Part shown: one piece after another, positions 46,570 through 57,290 of the stretch
Position numbering within the stretch: position 1 is the first letter of the stretch
Layout of the letters: each line of letters opens with the position of its first letter
NCBI GenBank assembly: GCA_043754535.1
Contig: JAYUUN010000048.1
Coordinates: forward strand, 1 to 64,000
From: Chloroflexota bacterium
GTDB lineage: Bacteria > Chloroflexota > Chloroflexia > QHBQ01
Direction of reading: 5' to 3'
DNA length: 64,000 nt
Program-made: the position numbers and the translations under genes
Notes under the pieces: generated by a model
The model's input: only the letters and a program-made list of their open reading frames with translations
What the model was told of the DNA's origin: nothing
The model's database searches: none

Positions 46570-47051
46570 TTGGAGTTCACGCCCCCCTGCTGCTCCAGGG
46601 TCTCGAACACCTTAGTCACCTCTGGCACCACCCCCCGGTTCGCGCCCTCATCGCGCATCAGCACCTTGCCATCCTTGTCCAGCACGATGGTGACGCGGTT
46701 GGCTGCCCCGTCTGGGTTGGCGACCCCAAAGGCAGCGATGGTCTTGCCGCCCCAGTCGCTGAGGATGGGGAAGCTGAGGTGCATTTGCTCGGCCCAAGCC
46801 TTGTGGCTGAAGATGCTGTCGGCACTGATGCCGATCACCTGCGCGTCATACTGCTCAAACTCTGGCAGCACTTCTTGGATGATGTTAAGCTGGCTGGTGC
46901 AAGGACCACTCCAATCGAATGGGTAGAAGATGATTACTGCTGGGCGGCCCTTAAGGTCGCTGAGGCCCATCTCGCCGCCGGTGCTGCTCTTTAGCTTGAA
47001 GTCGGGGGCGTTATCACCCACCTTGAGCGTAGCCTTCTGCTGTTCGTCCAT
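46566..47051 (-). CDS. Peroxiredoxin (AhpC/TSA, AhpE-like)
   Basis: VGDNAPDFKL, FYPFDWSGPCT, GISADS..SHKAW, ILSD. Confidence 0.9.
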   Translation of the reverse strand: MDEQQKATLKVGDNAPDFKLKSSTGGEMGLSDLKGRPAVIIFYPFDWSGPCTSQLNIIQEVLPEFEQYDAQVIGISADSIFSHKAWAEQMHLSFPILSDWGGKTIAAFGVANPDGAANRVTIVLDKDGKVLMRDEGANRGVVPEVTKVFETLEQQGGVNSK

Positions 47052-47292
47052 TGTTGCGGGAACTCCTTTCGGGTATGGGTGGCGGCAACGCTGCCCGCCA
47101 CCAGCACAGTTGACTGGCTGAATTATAGCACATCAGGCCGCCCGCCCGCCAAACTGCCAGAGAAGATAGTTGCCGCCCCGCTTAGACGATGATATAATTG
47201 CGGCTACCACTAACGCCGTACCCCCAACAGTGACCGCCACATTTGTCAGCCGCTAACCAGCCCAGGTACCCATAAAAGGAGAAGTAAACAGT

Positions 47293-50034
47293 ATGACTCG
47301 TCGGTACAAGATCGCCTGGGCGTTGCTCGCCCTCGCTCTGGTTCTCAATGTCAGCCTTGCCCTGCTGCTAGCAGGGGGGCCAGGTTTCGCCAGTGGGCAG
47401 GGCTTCAACGGCCAGCCCCCCAACCCTGCTGTAGTCGTGGTCAAGGTACGCTTCAAGGATGACCGCGAACGCGACTTGCTGGCCGTGCGCTGGGGGGCTG
47501 ACGAGGTTAGCACCAGGGGCGGCTATCTGACCATCTGGGCCAGCCAGCCACAGTACGAGCAGATGGTAGCGGCGGGGCTGAACCTGACGGTGGACAAGCC
47601 GCTGACCGACCTGGCGAACCACCCCAAGAAGCTATTTGGCAAGGCCAGTGCTGGCGACAGCCCCTGCCCCGCCGACAACTACTGTGGGGGCTACCGCACA
47701 GTCGAGGAGATGCAGAGCTTCCTGGATCAAATGGCGGCCACCTACCCCAACCTGAGCGAGAAGGTGGACTACGGCAACTCCTGGTGCAAGGATCGCGCGG
47801 GTAGCTGCACCTTGCCCAGCCCCTACAGCGGCTACGACCTGCTGGCGATGCACATCACCAACCGCAATATTGCTGGCCCCAAACCAGTCTTCTGGTATGA
47901 GGCGGGCATCCACCCCCGCGAGATAGCGGTCAGCGAGGTGGCGATGAACTACATCCAGTATCTACTTAGTAGCTACAACACCAATGCGGATGCGCGCTGG
48001 CTGATAGACTACCACGACATCTGGGTAGTGCCAATGAGCAACCCCGACGGCCACCACATCGTTGAGGCGGCGGGCAGCGGCAATGCTTACTATCAGCGCA
48101 AGAATGCCAACAACACGGCCAACAACCAGGGCCAGACCTGCACCACCTGGCCGCCGAGCGCAAGCAGTCAGTTTGGCGTGGATATGAACCGCAACTATCC
48201 CTTCCAGTGGGGTGCTGCGCCCGGTGGCAGCAGCAATGCCCCCTGCGACCAGACCTATCGCGGCCTCAGCGGTGGCTCGGAGCCAGAGGGTGCCTACGAA
48301 CTGAACAAGATTCGCCAACTGGTTGCCGACCAGCGCGGTCCGGCCCTGACCGACGCGGCCCCGCTAACCACCACTGGCCTGCTGCAAAGTATGCACTCTA
48401 ATGCCGCCCTCAACCTCTACCCCTGGGGTTGGTCGGTGCAGGGAACGGCTACCTACCGCGCCCCTAACTACCTGGATATTGACAACATTGCCCAGCACAT
48501 GAGCGCGCCCGCCGCTGGCGGCAACAACTATCAATCCTGCCAGTCGCCCGAACCCAACTGCCTCTACACCGTAGACGGTAGCATCCGCGACTGGGCCTAT
48601 GGCGAACTGGGCATCCCGGCGATCACCACCGAACTCGACGGGGCAGCCTTCTTCGTATCGCTGGCCGAGGCCAACCAACTCTGGCTCGACAACAAGGCGA
48701 TGCTAATCAACCTGGCAAAGTCGGTACGTGCGCCCTATCTGCTGACGCACGGGCCAGACGCGAACAACGTGCCAAACGTAATCACCGTCACCCAGGGCGT
48801 GAGTGCCAGCCTCAGCGCGAGCATCAACTTCCAGTGGGCGGGGCAGGGTAGCCATGTCAACCGCAACTTGCAAAATGTGGGGGCGGCCAGCTACTACATT
48901 GACACGCCGCCCTGGATCAGCAGCAGCGTGGCTATCAGCATGAACGCGACCGATGGTGCCTTTAACTCGCCGACCGAGGCAGTCAACGCGAGCATTGCCA
49001 CTGGCAGCCTCAGCCCTGGCCGCCACATCGTCTTCGTGAGTGGGCGTGGGGCTACTGACTACGCTGGCTACCAGACGTGGGGGCCGATCTCTGCCGCCTT
49101 CCTCGACGTGACCAATGGTGGGGGCGGCCTGCCGACTGACACCCCCGCGCCACCAGCCCCCACCAGCACATCACTGCCAACCATTACGCCAGCCCTGCCC
49201 ACTGCCACCACCACAGCCCTGCCAAGTGCCACCCCAGCTTCGCCAACGACCACCCCAGGCCTGCCCACCGCCACTACCACCCCAGCAACCGCCACCAACA
49301 CGCCAGCAACCGCTACTAGCACCCCTCCAACCACCGCCACTAGCACGCCAGCAACCGCTACTAGCACCCCTCCAACCACCACCACTAGCACCCCAGCCCT
49401 GCCCACCGCTAGCAGCACAGTGGCCCAGCCAACGGCAACTACCACCCCCTGCACGGCCAGCTTCAACGACGTGCCGAGCGGTTACATCTTCCACGACGAC
49501 ATCATCTTCCTCGCCTGTCGTGGGGTAATCAACGGCTTCCAGAACGGCAGCTTCCAGCCGAATGGCAACACAACGCGGGGGCAGTTCGCCAAGATCGCCA
49601 CCCTCGGCTTCGGTATCGCTGCCTACACCCCGCAGGGCAACCCCACCTTCAGCGACGTGCCAGCCGCCAGCCCCTTCTACGGCTACGTGGAGAGTGCAGC
49701 CAACGCGAACGCAGTTAGTGGCCTGAGCAGCGGGCAGTGTAGCAGCCTCGGTCTGACCACCCCCTGCTACGGCCCCAACCTCAACATCAGCCGCGTGCAG
49801 GTGGCAGTGATCGTCCAGCGCGTGCGGAACTACGCCGCCTACAACCCGACCAACCCCACCTTCAGCGACGTACCAGTGGGGTCGTTTGGCTATGCAGCCA
49901 TCGAGTCGCTCAACCACGTGGGCGTAATCAGCGGGGCAGGCTGTGGCAATGGCCTCTGCTTCCGGCCCAATGACAATATCAGGCGTGGCGAGCTATCGAA
50001 GGTCGTCCACAAGGCTATCGAGCAGGCTCCGTAG
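47293..50034 (+). CDS. Secreted M14 zinc carboxypeptidase with SLH domains
   Basis: GIHPRE, NPDG, RKN, GVDMNRNY, SEPE, MHS, TTEL; Thr/Pro linker; SLH domain. Confidence 0.9.
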   Translation: MTRRYKIAWALLALALVLNVSLALLLAGGPGFASGQGFNGQPPNPAVVVVKVRFKDDRERDLLAVRWGADEVSTRGGYLTIWASQPQYEQMVAAGLNLTVDKPLTDLANHPKKLFGKASAGDSPCPADNYCGGYRTVEEMQSFLDQMAATYPNLSEKVDYGNSWCKDRAGSCTLPSPYSGYDLLAMHITNRNIAGPKPVFWYEAGIHPREIAVSEVAMNYIQYLLSSYNTNADARWLIDYHDIWVVPMSNPDGHHIVEAAGSGNAYYQRKNANNTANNQGQTCTTWPPSASSQFGVDMNRNYPFQWGAAPGGSSNAPCDQTYRGLSGGSEPEGAYELNKIRQLVADQRGPALTDAAPLTTTGLLQSMHSNAALNLYPWGWSVQGTATYRAPNYLDIDNIAQHMSAPAAGGNNYQSCQSPEPNCLYTVDGSIRDWAYGELGIPAITTELDGAAFFVSLAEANQLWLDNKAMLINLAKSVRAPYLLTHGPDANNVPNVITVTQGVSASLSASINFQWAGQGSHVNRNLQNVGAASYYIDTPPWISSSVAISMNATDGAFNSPTEAVNASIATGSLSPGRHIVFVSGRGATDYAGYQTWGPISAAFLDVTNGGGGLPTDTPAPPAPTSTSLPTITPALPTATTTALPSATPASPTTTPGLPTATTTPATATNTPATATSTPPTTATSTPATATSTPPTTTTSTPALPTASSTVAQPTATTTPCTASFNDVPSGYIFHDDIIFLACRGVINGFQNGSFQPNGNTTRGQFAKIATLGFGIAAYTPQGNPTFSDVPAASPFYGYVESAANANAVSGLSSGQCSSLGLTTPCYGPNLNISRVQVAVIVQRVRNYAAYNPTNPTFSDVPVGSFGYAAIESLNHVGVISGAGCGNGLCFRPNDNIRRGELSKVVHKAIEQAP

Positions 50035-51916
50035 CCCAGCAGAGTAGTAGCAACAGCAAGGAGGAGCGTGCAAAAGGGGTACGCTCCTCCTTCATTGTCG
50101 ATGAGGGTAAGCGGGTGAGGTGGAACCAAGCGATGCCAATCAGCCCTCCCCCCTGCACCTGACCGCTGGCCGCCCAGTAGCCGCCCTCAGCGGCCTGTGC
50201 GGGGTGAGGAGCAAAGACCAGGGCTACCTGCCCGCTTGCGTCGGCCTGCACCGTGCCTAGCTGCGTCACTTGCTGGCTGGGGCTTGTCACCCACAGGCCG
50301 ATGGTCGCGCCGGGTGGGTAGCCGCTACCGTGCAGCTTGACGCGCCCTGGTTGCCCACTCTGCTGCTCAACTACCGCGCCGAGGGTCGCCTGCGGGCCGC
50401 TCAGAGCAATATGGTAGCGACCAAAGCGTAGTTCGCTAGCCCCAGTTGGCGGGTTTGAGTTGCCCGCCGTCTCGTCCACCAGCCAGAGGCGGGGGTGTGC
50501 GCTGCCAGCCACGGCGTTGAAGGTGGCGTTGTCGGTGAGGAAGATGAAGTTGTCGGGCTTGTTGCTGATCACCTGAAAGACATACTGCGCGTTGTGGCGG
50601 TCACTACTGGCAGGCGGCAGGTTGACCACTACGCGGCTGTCGGGTGGTAGGCTACCAGCGGCGAAGCGGGCGCGCAGGTAGCCAGCAACGGCCTGGGTAT
50701 CGCGGTCCGGGAAGCTCTCGCGGCGGGCAAGGGTACGGTCGAAGCTGTAGACGAATACGCTGGCGAACACTAGCCCGCTGACCATCAATAGCACGGGCCG
50801 CAGCCAGCCGCCGTGAGCGCGTAGCCAACTGCTCCGTAGGGGCAAGTCTAGCAGGTAGGCAACAAAGGGTAGGAGCAGCAGCAGCAGAGAGACCAGGTAG
50901 CGGTCGCTGCCTGCCCCGATGTTGTTGTAACGGGCGGTAATCAGGATGAAGAAGACCGCTTCGCCGAGCAGCAGCGCAACGTAGGCGAACAACCGCCTGC
51001 TGCGCTCGATGCCAGCCGCCACCGCCACCCCGACCAGCAGCAGCCCGCTGATTGGCGGGGCGAGGGCGAGAAACAGAGCGGGATAGAAGGTTAGCTTCGT
51101 CCACCAATCGCTTTGCGCGGCGGCGGGTGACCAATCGCTGTTGATTTGGCTGGTCGCCTTCGCAAAAGCCAGTGGGTCGCCCAGAGTCAGCGCACTCGCG
51201 CCCAACCAAAGGGCGATGAAGCTAAACGGCAGCAGGGCGACCAGCAGCAACTTCAGGGTTTGCAGGCGGGCTGCTGGCCCAGCAACCACACCGCTTGCCA
51301 GCCGCCGCTTCCTGTACTGCTCGGCGAAATAGAAGGCGGGCAGCGTCACCGCGAAAGCCAGGGCGTAGAACCAGGCTTCGTAGCGCACCATCGTTGCCAG
51401 GGCGATCAGCACCGCCGCGCCGAGAGCAGACCGCAGGCGATTGCTGCTGGCCCAGGCCACCACGAGCAGAGCCGCGCCACTAAGCAGCAGGTGCGATATG
51501 CTTTCCGACATCCCGCTGAGGCCGAACCAGACCTCCCAGGGGAAGACCGCCGCTAGCAACGCCGTCAGGTAGCCAACGCGCTCACCGAACAGGGCGCGAC
51601 CGAGCAGCAACAGATTGGCGAGGGTGCCGAAGCTACAGAGCAGGTTGACGAGGCGCGGGGCGAGGTAGAGGTTGTCCCAAAAGTGGATCACGCCGCCAAC
51701 CAACCAGAAGTGCAGCGGCAACCACACCCCTACCTCAAAGCTGGGCTGCTGCTGCCACTGCCAGGCGTGGACGGTGCGGGTGAAGCCGTCGGCGTTGTAG
51801 TCTAGATAGCCGCGCTGGGCGGTGAGAACGAGTAGCAGAGAGCGCAACAAGACCGCTAGCGCGTATACCGCCAGCAGTCTCCGCCCCAGGCTCAACTTCG
51901 ACCATGCTGCTCTCAC
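50015..51916 (-). CDS. GT39/PMT-like membrane glycosyltransferase
   Basis: NADGFTR, WLPLHFW, PRLVNLL, MSES, RYEAW; many TM helices. Confidence 0.7.
   Translation of the reverse strand: MRAAWSKLSLGRRLLAVYALAVLLRSLLLVLTAQRGYLDYNADGFTRTVHAWQWQQQPSFEVGVWLPLHFWLVGGVIHFWDNLYLAPRLVNLLCSFGTLANLLLLGRALFGERVGYLTALLAAVFPWEVWFGLSGMSESISHLLLSGAALLVVAWASSNRLRSALGAAVLIALATMVRYEAWFYALAFAVTLPAFYFAEQYRKRRLASGVVAGPAARLQTLKLLLVALLPFSFIALWLGASALTLGDPLAFAKATSQINSDWSPAAAQSDWWTKLTFYPALFLALAPPISGLLLVGVAVAAGIERSRRLFAYVALLLGEAVFFILITARYNNIGAGSDRYLVSLLLLLLPFVAYLLDLPLRSSWLRAHGGWLRPVLLMVSGLVFASVFVYSFDRTLARRESFPDRDTQAVAGYLRARFAAGSLPPDSRVVVNLPPASSDRHNAQYVFQVISNKPDNFIFLTDNATFNAVAGSAHPRLWLVDETAGNSNPPTGASELRFGRYHIALSGPQATLGAVVEQQSGQPGRVKLHGSGYPPGATIGLWVTSPSQQVTQLGTVQADASGQVALVFAPHPAQAAEGGYWAASGQVQGGGLIGIAWFHLTRLPSSTMKEERTPFARSSLLLLLLCWATEPAR
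50058..50092. terminator. Hairpin between convergent genes
   Basis: AAGGAGGAGCGT..ACGCTCCTCCTT. Confidence 0.6.
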
Positions 51917-51974
51917 CCCCCATTGTAACGGCTGGCTGGGGCTAACGTCAAGGCGGCAGGGGGTGGCCGTAAGG

Positions 51975-53924
51975 CTAGCGGTAACTGGCTGCTTGCAGGT
52001 TGAACAACTCGGCGTAGGTGCCGCCCAGGGTCAGCAGTTCGGCGTGAGTGCCATCCTCCTTGATGCGGCCATCCTCCAGCACGAGGATGCGGTCGGCCAG
52101 GCGCACAGTGCTGAAGCGGTGGCTGATGAACAAAGCCATCTTGCCAGTGGTCAAGGCCTTCATCTGGGCGAAGATTTCGTACTCCGCCCGCGCATCGAGG
52201 CTGGCGGTCGGCTCGTCGAGGATCAGGATTTCGGCATCACGCATGAAGGCGCGGGCAAGGGCGACCTTCTGCCACTCGCCGCCCGATAGCTGGTAGCCTT
52301 CGTCGAACCAGCGGCCCAGGGTCGTCTCATAACCGTTCGGCAGCTTTTCGATAGCTACGTTCGCGCCACTCTTGCCCGCAGCCAGGCCGACCATCTCTTG
52401 ATTGTCGATCTCCGCCAGCTTGCCCACCCCGATGTTCTCGCGTGCGCTGAAGAAGTAGGTGGCATAGTCCTGGAAGATCACACCGATGCTAGCCCGTAGG
52501 CTGTCCAGGTCATACTCACGCAGGTCGTGGCCGTCGATCAGGATTGCGCCCTCATCTGGGTCGTAGAGGCGCGAGAGCAGCTTGACCACCGTCGTCTTGC
52601 CCGCCCCATTCTGCCCAACCAGGGCGATAGTCTCGTCCAGCTTGATCGTGAAGCTAACATCACGCAAGGCAGGGGTCTCCTTGCCAGGGTAGGTGAAGCT
52701 GACGTGGCGGAACTCCACCCCCTGCTTGAGCGGCAAGGTCAGCTTGATTGCGTCGGGCGGCGACTGGATCGCCGGGGTGTAGTCGAGGAACTCGTAGAGG
52801 GTATTGAGGTAGAGGCTGTTCTCATACATCCCGCTCACCCCGTCAAGGATGCTCTGGAAGCTAGATTGCACCTGGCCCACCGCCTGGGTGTAGACGGTCA
52901 GTTGGCCGAGGTTGAACAGGCCGCGCACCGTCTGCAAGGCCACGTAGAGGAAGGTGCCGCTGCTAACGATGGTGCTGAGGCTGCCGAGGCCAAATCCCGC
53001 CAGGTAGCGGCGGCGCACCAGGGTGCGGTTCTCCTTGTAGAAGCGGTTGGCGATTTCGCCCCAGCGGTCAATAAAGTAGTTACCCAGGCCAAACAGCTTG
53101 ATTTCCTTGTTGTAGGTATCCTTCGTCACCAGGTCGAGCAGGTAGCTCATCCGCCTGCGTTCTGGCGACTGGCGGCGGGAGAGCATATAGCCCTGCCAAC
53201 CGTAACGTGCGCTGGCGATAAAGCTGGGGATTGGCGAAAGCAGAGCCAGCACAGCCACCAGCCAACCGAGGGTGAGCAGGATGGCAATCAGGCTGACGAA
53301 GGTGATCAGCGAACGCACCAAGCCAAACATCTGCTGCACCATCGCCAGTGGGCGGAAGGTCGCTTGCTGCTGGGCCTGCTGCAAGCTGTCATAGAACTTG
53401 GGGTCTTCAAAGAAGCGCAGGTCAAGGCGGTTGGCGTGTTCCATCAACATCCGCTGGATACGCATGGCGGTTAGCTCTTGCAACGCCTGCTGGTTGATGT
53501 TTAGCAGGGTCTGCATCAGGCTGCTAGCAACTAGCACAGCGAACTGGGCTACCGCCAGCCAGATCACAGCCTGCACGCGGGCATCAGTCGCGCCAGTGCG
53601 GGCCGCATCAGCCACCTCGTTAATCAGTGCGCCGCTGATCAGGGCTGAGATCGCTGGCACCAAACCAGCGACCACCGCGAAGCTGCCAATGGCTAGGGTA
53701 TAACCCTTGTGGCCCTGCCAGACGAGGCCGAAGGCACGGGGGATACCAGACAGGGTAACGCCCGCGTTCTTACGCAGGTCGGCTGCGCGTTCACGCAGAT
53801 TCTTGGGTTTCTCATCTTCAGGGGGGGCAGGTGGCGCGCCGCTACCGCCGCCCTCGCCCTTGCTGACGAACTTGGGGCGGCCTTGCCGCTCCATCATTGG
53901 GTGCATGGGGGGTCTGTTCTGCAT
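51975..53924 (-). CDS. ABC exporter, fused permease/ATPase
   Basis: GQNGAGKTT, LSGGEWQK, ILDEPT, ISHRFST; N-terminal TM domain. Confidence 0.95.
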   Translation of the reverse strand: MQNRPPMHPMMERQGRPKFVSKGEGGGSGAPPAPPEDEKPKNLRERAADLRKNAGVTLSGIPRAFGLVWQGHKGYTLAIGSFAVVAGLVPAISALISGALINEVADAARTGATDARVQAVIWLAVAQFAVLVASSLMQTLLNINQQALQELTAMRIQRMLMEHANRLDLRFFEDPKFYDSLQQAQQQATFRPLAMVQQMFGLVRSLITFVSLIAILLTLGWLVAVLALLSPIPSFIASARYGWQGYMLSRRQSPERRRMSYLLDLVTKDTYNKEIKLFGLGNYFIDRWGEIANRFYKENRTLVRRRYLAGFGLGSLSTIVSSGTFLYVALQTVRGLFNLGQLTVYTQAVGQVQSSFQSILDGVSGMYENSLYLNTLYEFLDYTPAIQSPPDAIKLTLPLKQGVEFRHVSFTYPGKETPALRDVSFTIKLDETIALVGQNGAGKTTVVKLLSRLYDPDEGAILIDGHDLREYDLDSLRASIGVIFQDYATYFFSARENIGVGKLAEIDNQEMVGLAAGKSGANVAIEKLPNGYETTLGRWFDEGYQLSGGEWQKVALARAFMRDAEILILDEPTASLDARAEYEIFAQMKALTTGKMALFISHRFSTVRLADRILVLEDGRIKEDGTHAELLTLGGTYAELFNLQAASYR

Positions 53925-54076
53925 CTTAGCTTGTTTCTTCCTTTTGTCTTTTATCCTTTCAAGTATAACCGAGCAAAGTGGCAGCAGGTGGCTGAGGCGT
54001 GTTTGAAGCTGGTTAGATTTGGCGGCAGGCAATAATAAGCTAGCAGAGAGGTCAAACGCTAACCACGCTACCACTC

Positions 54077-54105
54077 TAGACAGCGCGCAACGAGCGTGCT
54101 ATAAT
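54077..54105 (+). promoter_or_regulatory. Sigma70 promoter
   Basis: TAGACA-N17-TATAAT with TG extension. Confidence 0.7.
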
Positions 54106-54173
54106 GCAGCCTAAAGGATGTAACGGATGAAGTATTTGACCCTTGTGGGGTAGGCGGGGAGAGGAGAGACGCA

Positions 54174-54824
54174 ATGAACGACAACTATGGACGGGGTGGC
54201 AATCAGGAGGGCGACGCGAACACCACACGGATGAGTCCACAGCCGCAGCCAGAGCAGCCTGGCTACTGGCAGCCGCCAACCTACGCCGCGCCGCCGCAGC
54301 CCTACGCCGCGCCCGCCCCCATGCCCGACAACCTCAAGCCGGTGCCATACGAGCAACCGAAGCAGGCGGCAGGGCCGGTGCAGTACGGAGCTGCCCCCTA
54401 TCAGCCGAGCATCACCCCACTAGCGGGTGGCTCTGCTGGCTACAACCCAGCAGACCTCATCCGCCGCGAGGCCGAGAAGCGGGTTAAGGCGAAGGAGGTC
54501 TTTCGCGCTCACCTCACGACCTACCTGTTCGTGATCAGCCTGCTCATCACCATCTGGCTGATCACTTCACTGGCTAGCGGCCACCCTTACTACTTCTGGC
54601 CGGTCTGGCCCGCCTTCGGCTGGGGCATCGCTGTCTTCGCCCAATACATGACGGCTTACGGGGGGCAGCAGACCAATCCCCTGCGCCGCGAACAGCAGAT
54701 TGCCGAGGAGATGCGCCGCATGGAGGCTAGCTACCCACCGCCTACCCCTGGCAGCTTGCCCAGAGACCAGCAGAGCGACTGGCAACAACGCTTCGACCAG
54801 GAGCAACAGGGCCGAAATCGCTGA
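54174..54824 (+). CDS. 2TM-domain membrane protein
   Basis: AEKRVKAK..FRAHLTTY..IW..YFWPVWPAFGWGI..QIAEEMRR. Confidence 0.85.
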   Translation: MNDNYGRGGNQEGDANTTRMSPQPQPEQPGYWQPPTYAAPPQPYAAPAPMPDNLKPVPYEQPKQAAGPVQYGAAPYQPSITPLAGGSAGYNPADLIRREAEKRVKAKEVFRAHLTTYLFVISLLITIWLITSLASGHPYYFWPVWPAFGWGIAVFAQYMTAYGGQQTNPLRREQQIAEEMRRMEASYPPPTPGSLPRDQQSDWQQRFDQEQQGRNR

Positions 54825-54849
54825 ACGAGCTTGAGGGAGATGCTGATCG

Positions 54850-55410
54850 ATGAACGACAACTATGGCCGCGACGCTGGGCCGCCCACCCCTGACGACGAA
54901 ACCCGCCAGCTTGGGGCGCAAGCCAGCCCTCAGGGTTACTGGCAGCCGCCTAGCTACTCCGAGCCAGCCCCCATGCCTGACAGCCTCAAGGTGGCACCTG
55001 ATGCAGTAAAGATGATCCCCTATCAGCAGCCTGCCATGCAACCCGTTCCGCTACCGCTAAGCCAGAGCTACCAGCCGATCGCCGTAGCGACCGACCGCCT
55101 CAGCGATTTGCGGGCGGCGGCAGAACAGCGGGTGCGCCAGAAGGAGAAGTTCCAACGCGAGACGATGGGCGGCCTCTCCGCTATCGGCATCAACCTGATC
55201 ATCTGGGCAGCGATCAGCATTGTGGCCGGTGGTGCGATCTTCTTCTGGCCGATCTTCGTGATCATGGGCGTGGGCATTGGCATCTTCAGCAACTATATGA
55301 AGGTATACGGCCCGCAGCCGATGAGCGAGACCGAGCGTGAACGCCAGATTGAGTTGGAGATACAAAGGATGCAAGGCGGCTATGGCAGCAACCAACCTCC
55401 CCACCGCTAG
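54850..55410 (+). CDS. 2TM-domain membrane protein (paralogue)
   Basis: Same MNDNYGR, GYWQPP, PAPMPDxLK N-terminus; FFWPIF; RQIELEIQRM. Confidence 0.8.
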   Translation: MNDNYGRDAGPPTPDDETRQLGAQASPQGYWQPPSYSEPAPMPDSLKVAPDAVKMIPYQQPAMQPVPLPLSQSYQPIAVATDRLSDLRAAAEQRVRQKEKFQRETMGGLSAIGINLIIWAAISIVAGGAIFFWPIFVIMGVGIGIFSNYMKVYGPQPMSETERERQIELEIQRMQGGYGSNQPPHR

Positions 55411-55447
55411 CTAATAAACGACTACCTTGAGCGTAGGAGGACTTGCA

Positions 55448-55837
55448 ATGGCGATTGAAGCAGGAGGTACGATGAACCAGCAGGCTGTTGAGTACCCCTC
55501 GCCGCCAAGCCCAGACCTGGCTACCGTCAGGCAGCAGCTAGCAGCAGACGACCGGGCGAAGCGGCTGACGGCAGCGGAGAGCCGCCAGCATGGTGCCTAC
55601 TTCCGCGTCCAGGTGGCGGTCGTCTTCCTGGCTTGCGACATTGCCGCCTTCCTCATGCACCTGCTGCTGCACGTCTACTCACCCGGCGGCCTATTCGGGT
55701 TCGGCTACTACACCTTCGGCTGGCTGGTCTTCCTGTTCTACGCCACCCTGCTGCCCTGGGCCGTAATAGCCGCTCGCAGGGCAGGTCAGCTAGTCAACAG
55801 CTTGTCTGCCGACGAGCAGCCCGCAGATGACCGATGA
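55448..55837 (+). CDS. Small membrane protein (two TM helices)
   Basis: AGGAGG RBS at two possible starts (55448, 55472); two hydrophobic segments. Confidence 0.6.
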   Translation: MAIEAGGTMNQQAVEYPSPPSPDLATVRQQLAADDRAKRLTAAESRQHGAYFRVQVAVVFLACDIAAFLMHLLLHVYSPGGLFGFGYYTFGWLVFLFYATLLPWAVIAARRAGQLVNSLSADEQPADDR

Positions 55838-55867
55838 ACGAGTGACCGACTACCCGCCAGCGCACCA

Positions 55868-55903
55868 GAAAGGGGCGTACCCTTGCAGGTACGCCCCCTC
55901 TTT
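55868..55903. terminator. Bidirectional terminator
   Basis: AAA-GGGGCGTACC..GGTACGCCCC-CTCTTT between convergent genes. Confidence 0.7.
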
Positions 55904-55924
55904 GCGTCAATTCTCACTTGCAAC

Positions 55925-57103
<1,179 letters not shown>

Positions 57104-57218
57104 CTGCCTACCTCCTTACTGCGAACTATCCAGTCATATCCAGGCAGATATGCTCGCTTTGGCAAAAAGCCTCTCACTATCTAAACGACTAGCTCCGCCG
57201 TTCAGATGCGCGACCCAC

Positions 57219-57247
57219 ATTATACCTTTGTTAGATGTAGAATGCAA
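57219..57247 (-). promoter_or_regulatory. Promoter of the second sigma gene
   Basis: TTGCAT-N17-TATAAT. Confidence 0.7.
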
Positions 57248-57290
57248 CCATCCAAAGCATTAGATTTGTATGGGAAACATAAATATCCCC

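Noticed and set aside
46566..47051. Second selenoprotein among the peroxiredoxin/DsbA genes
   Set aside because: Active-site residues are ordinary Cys codons with no in-frame TGA
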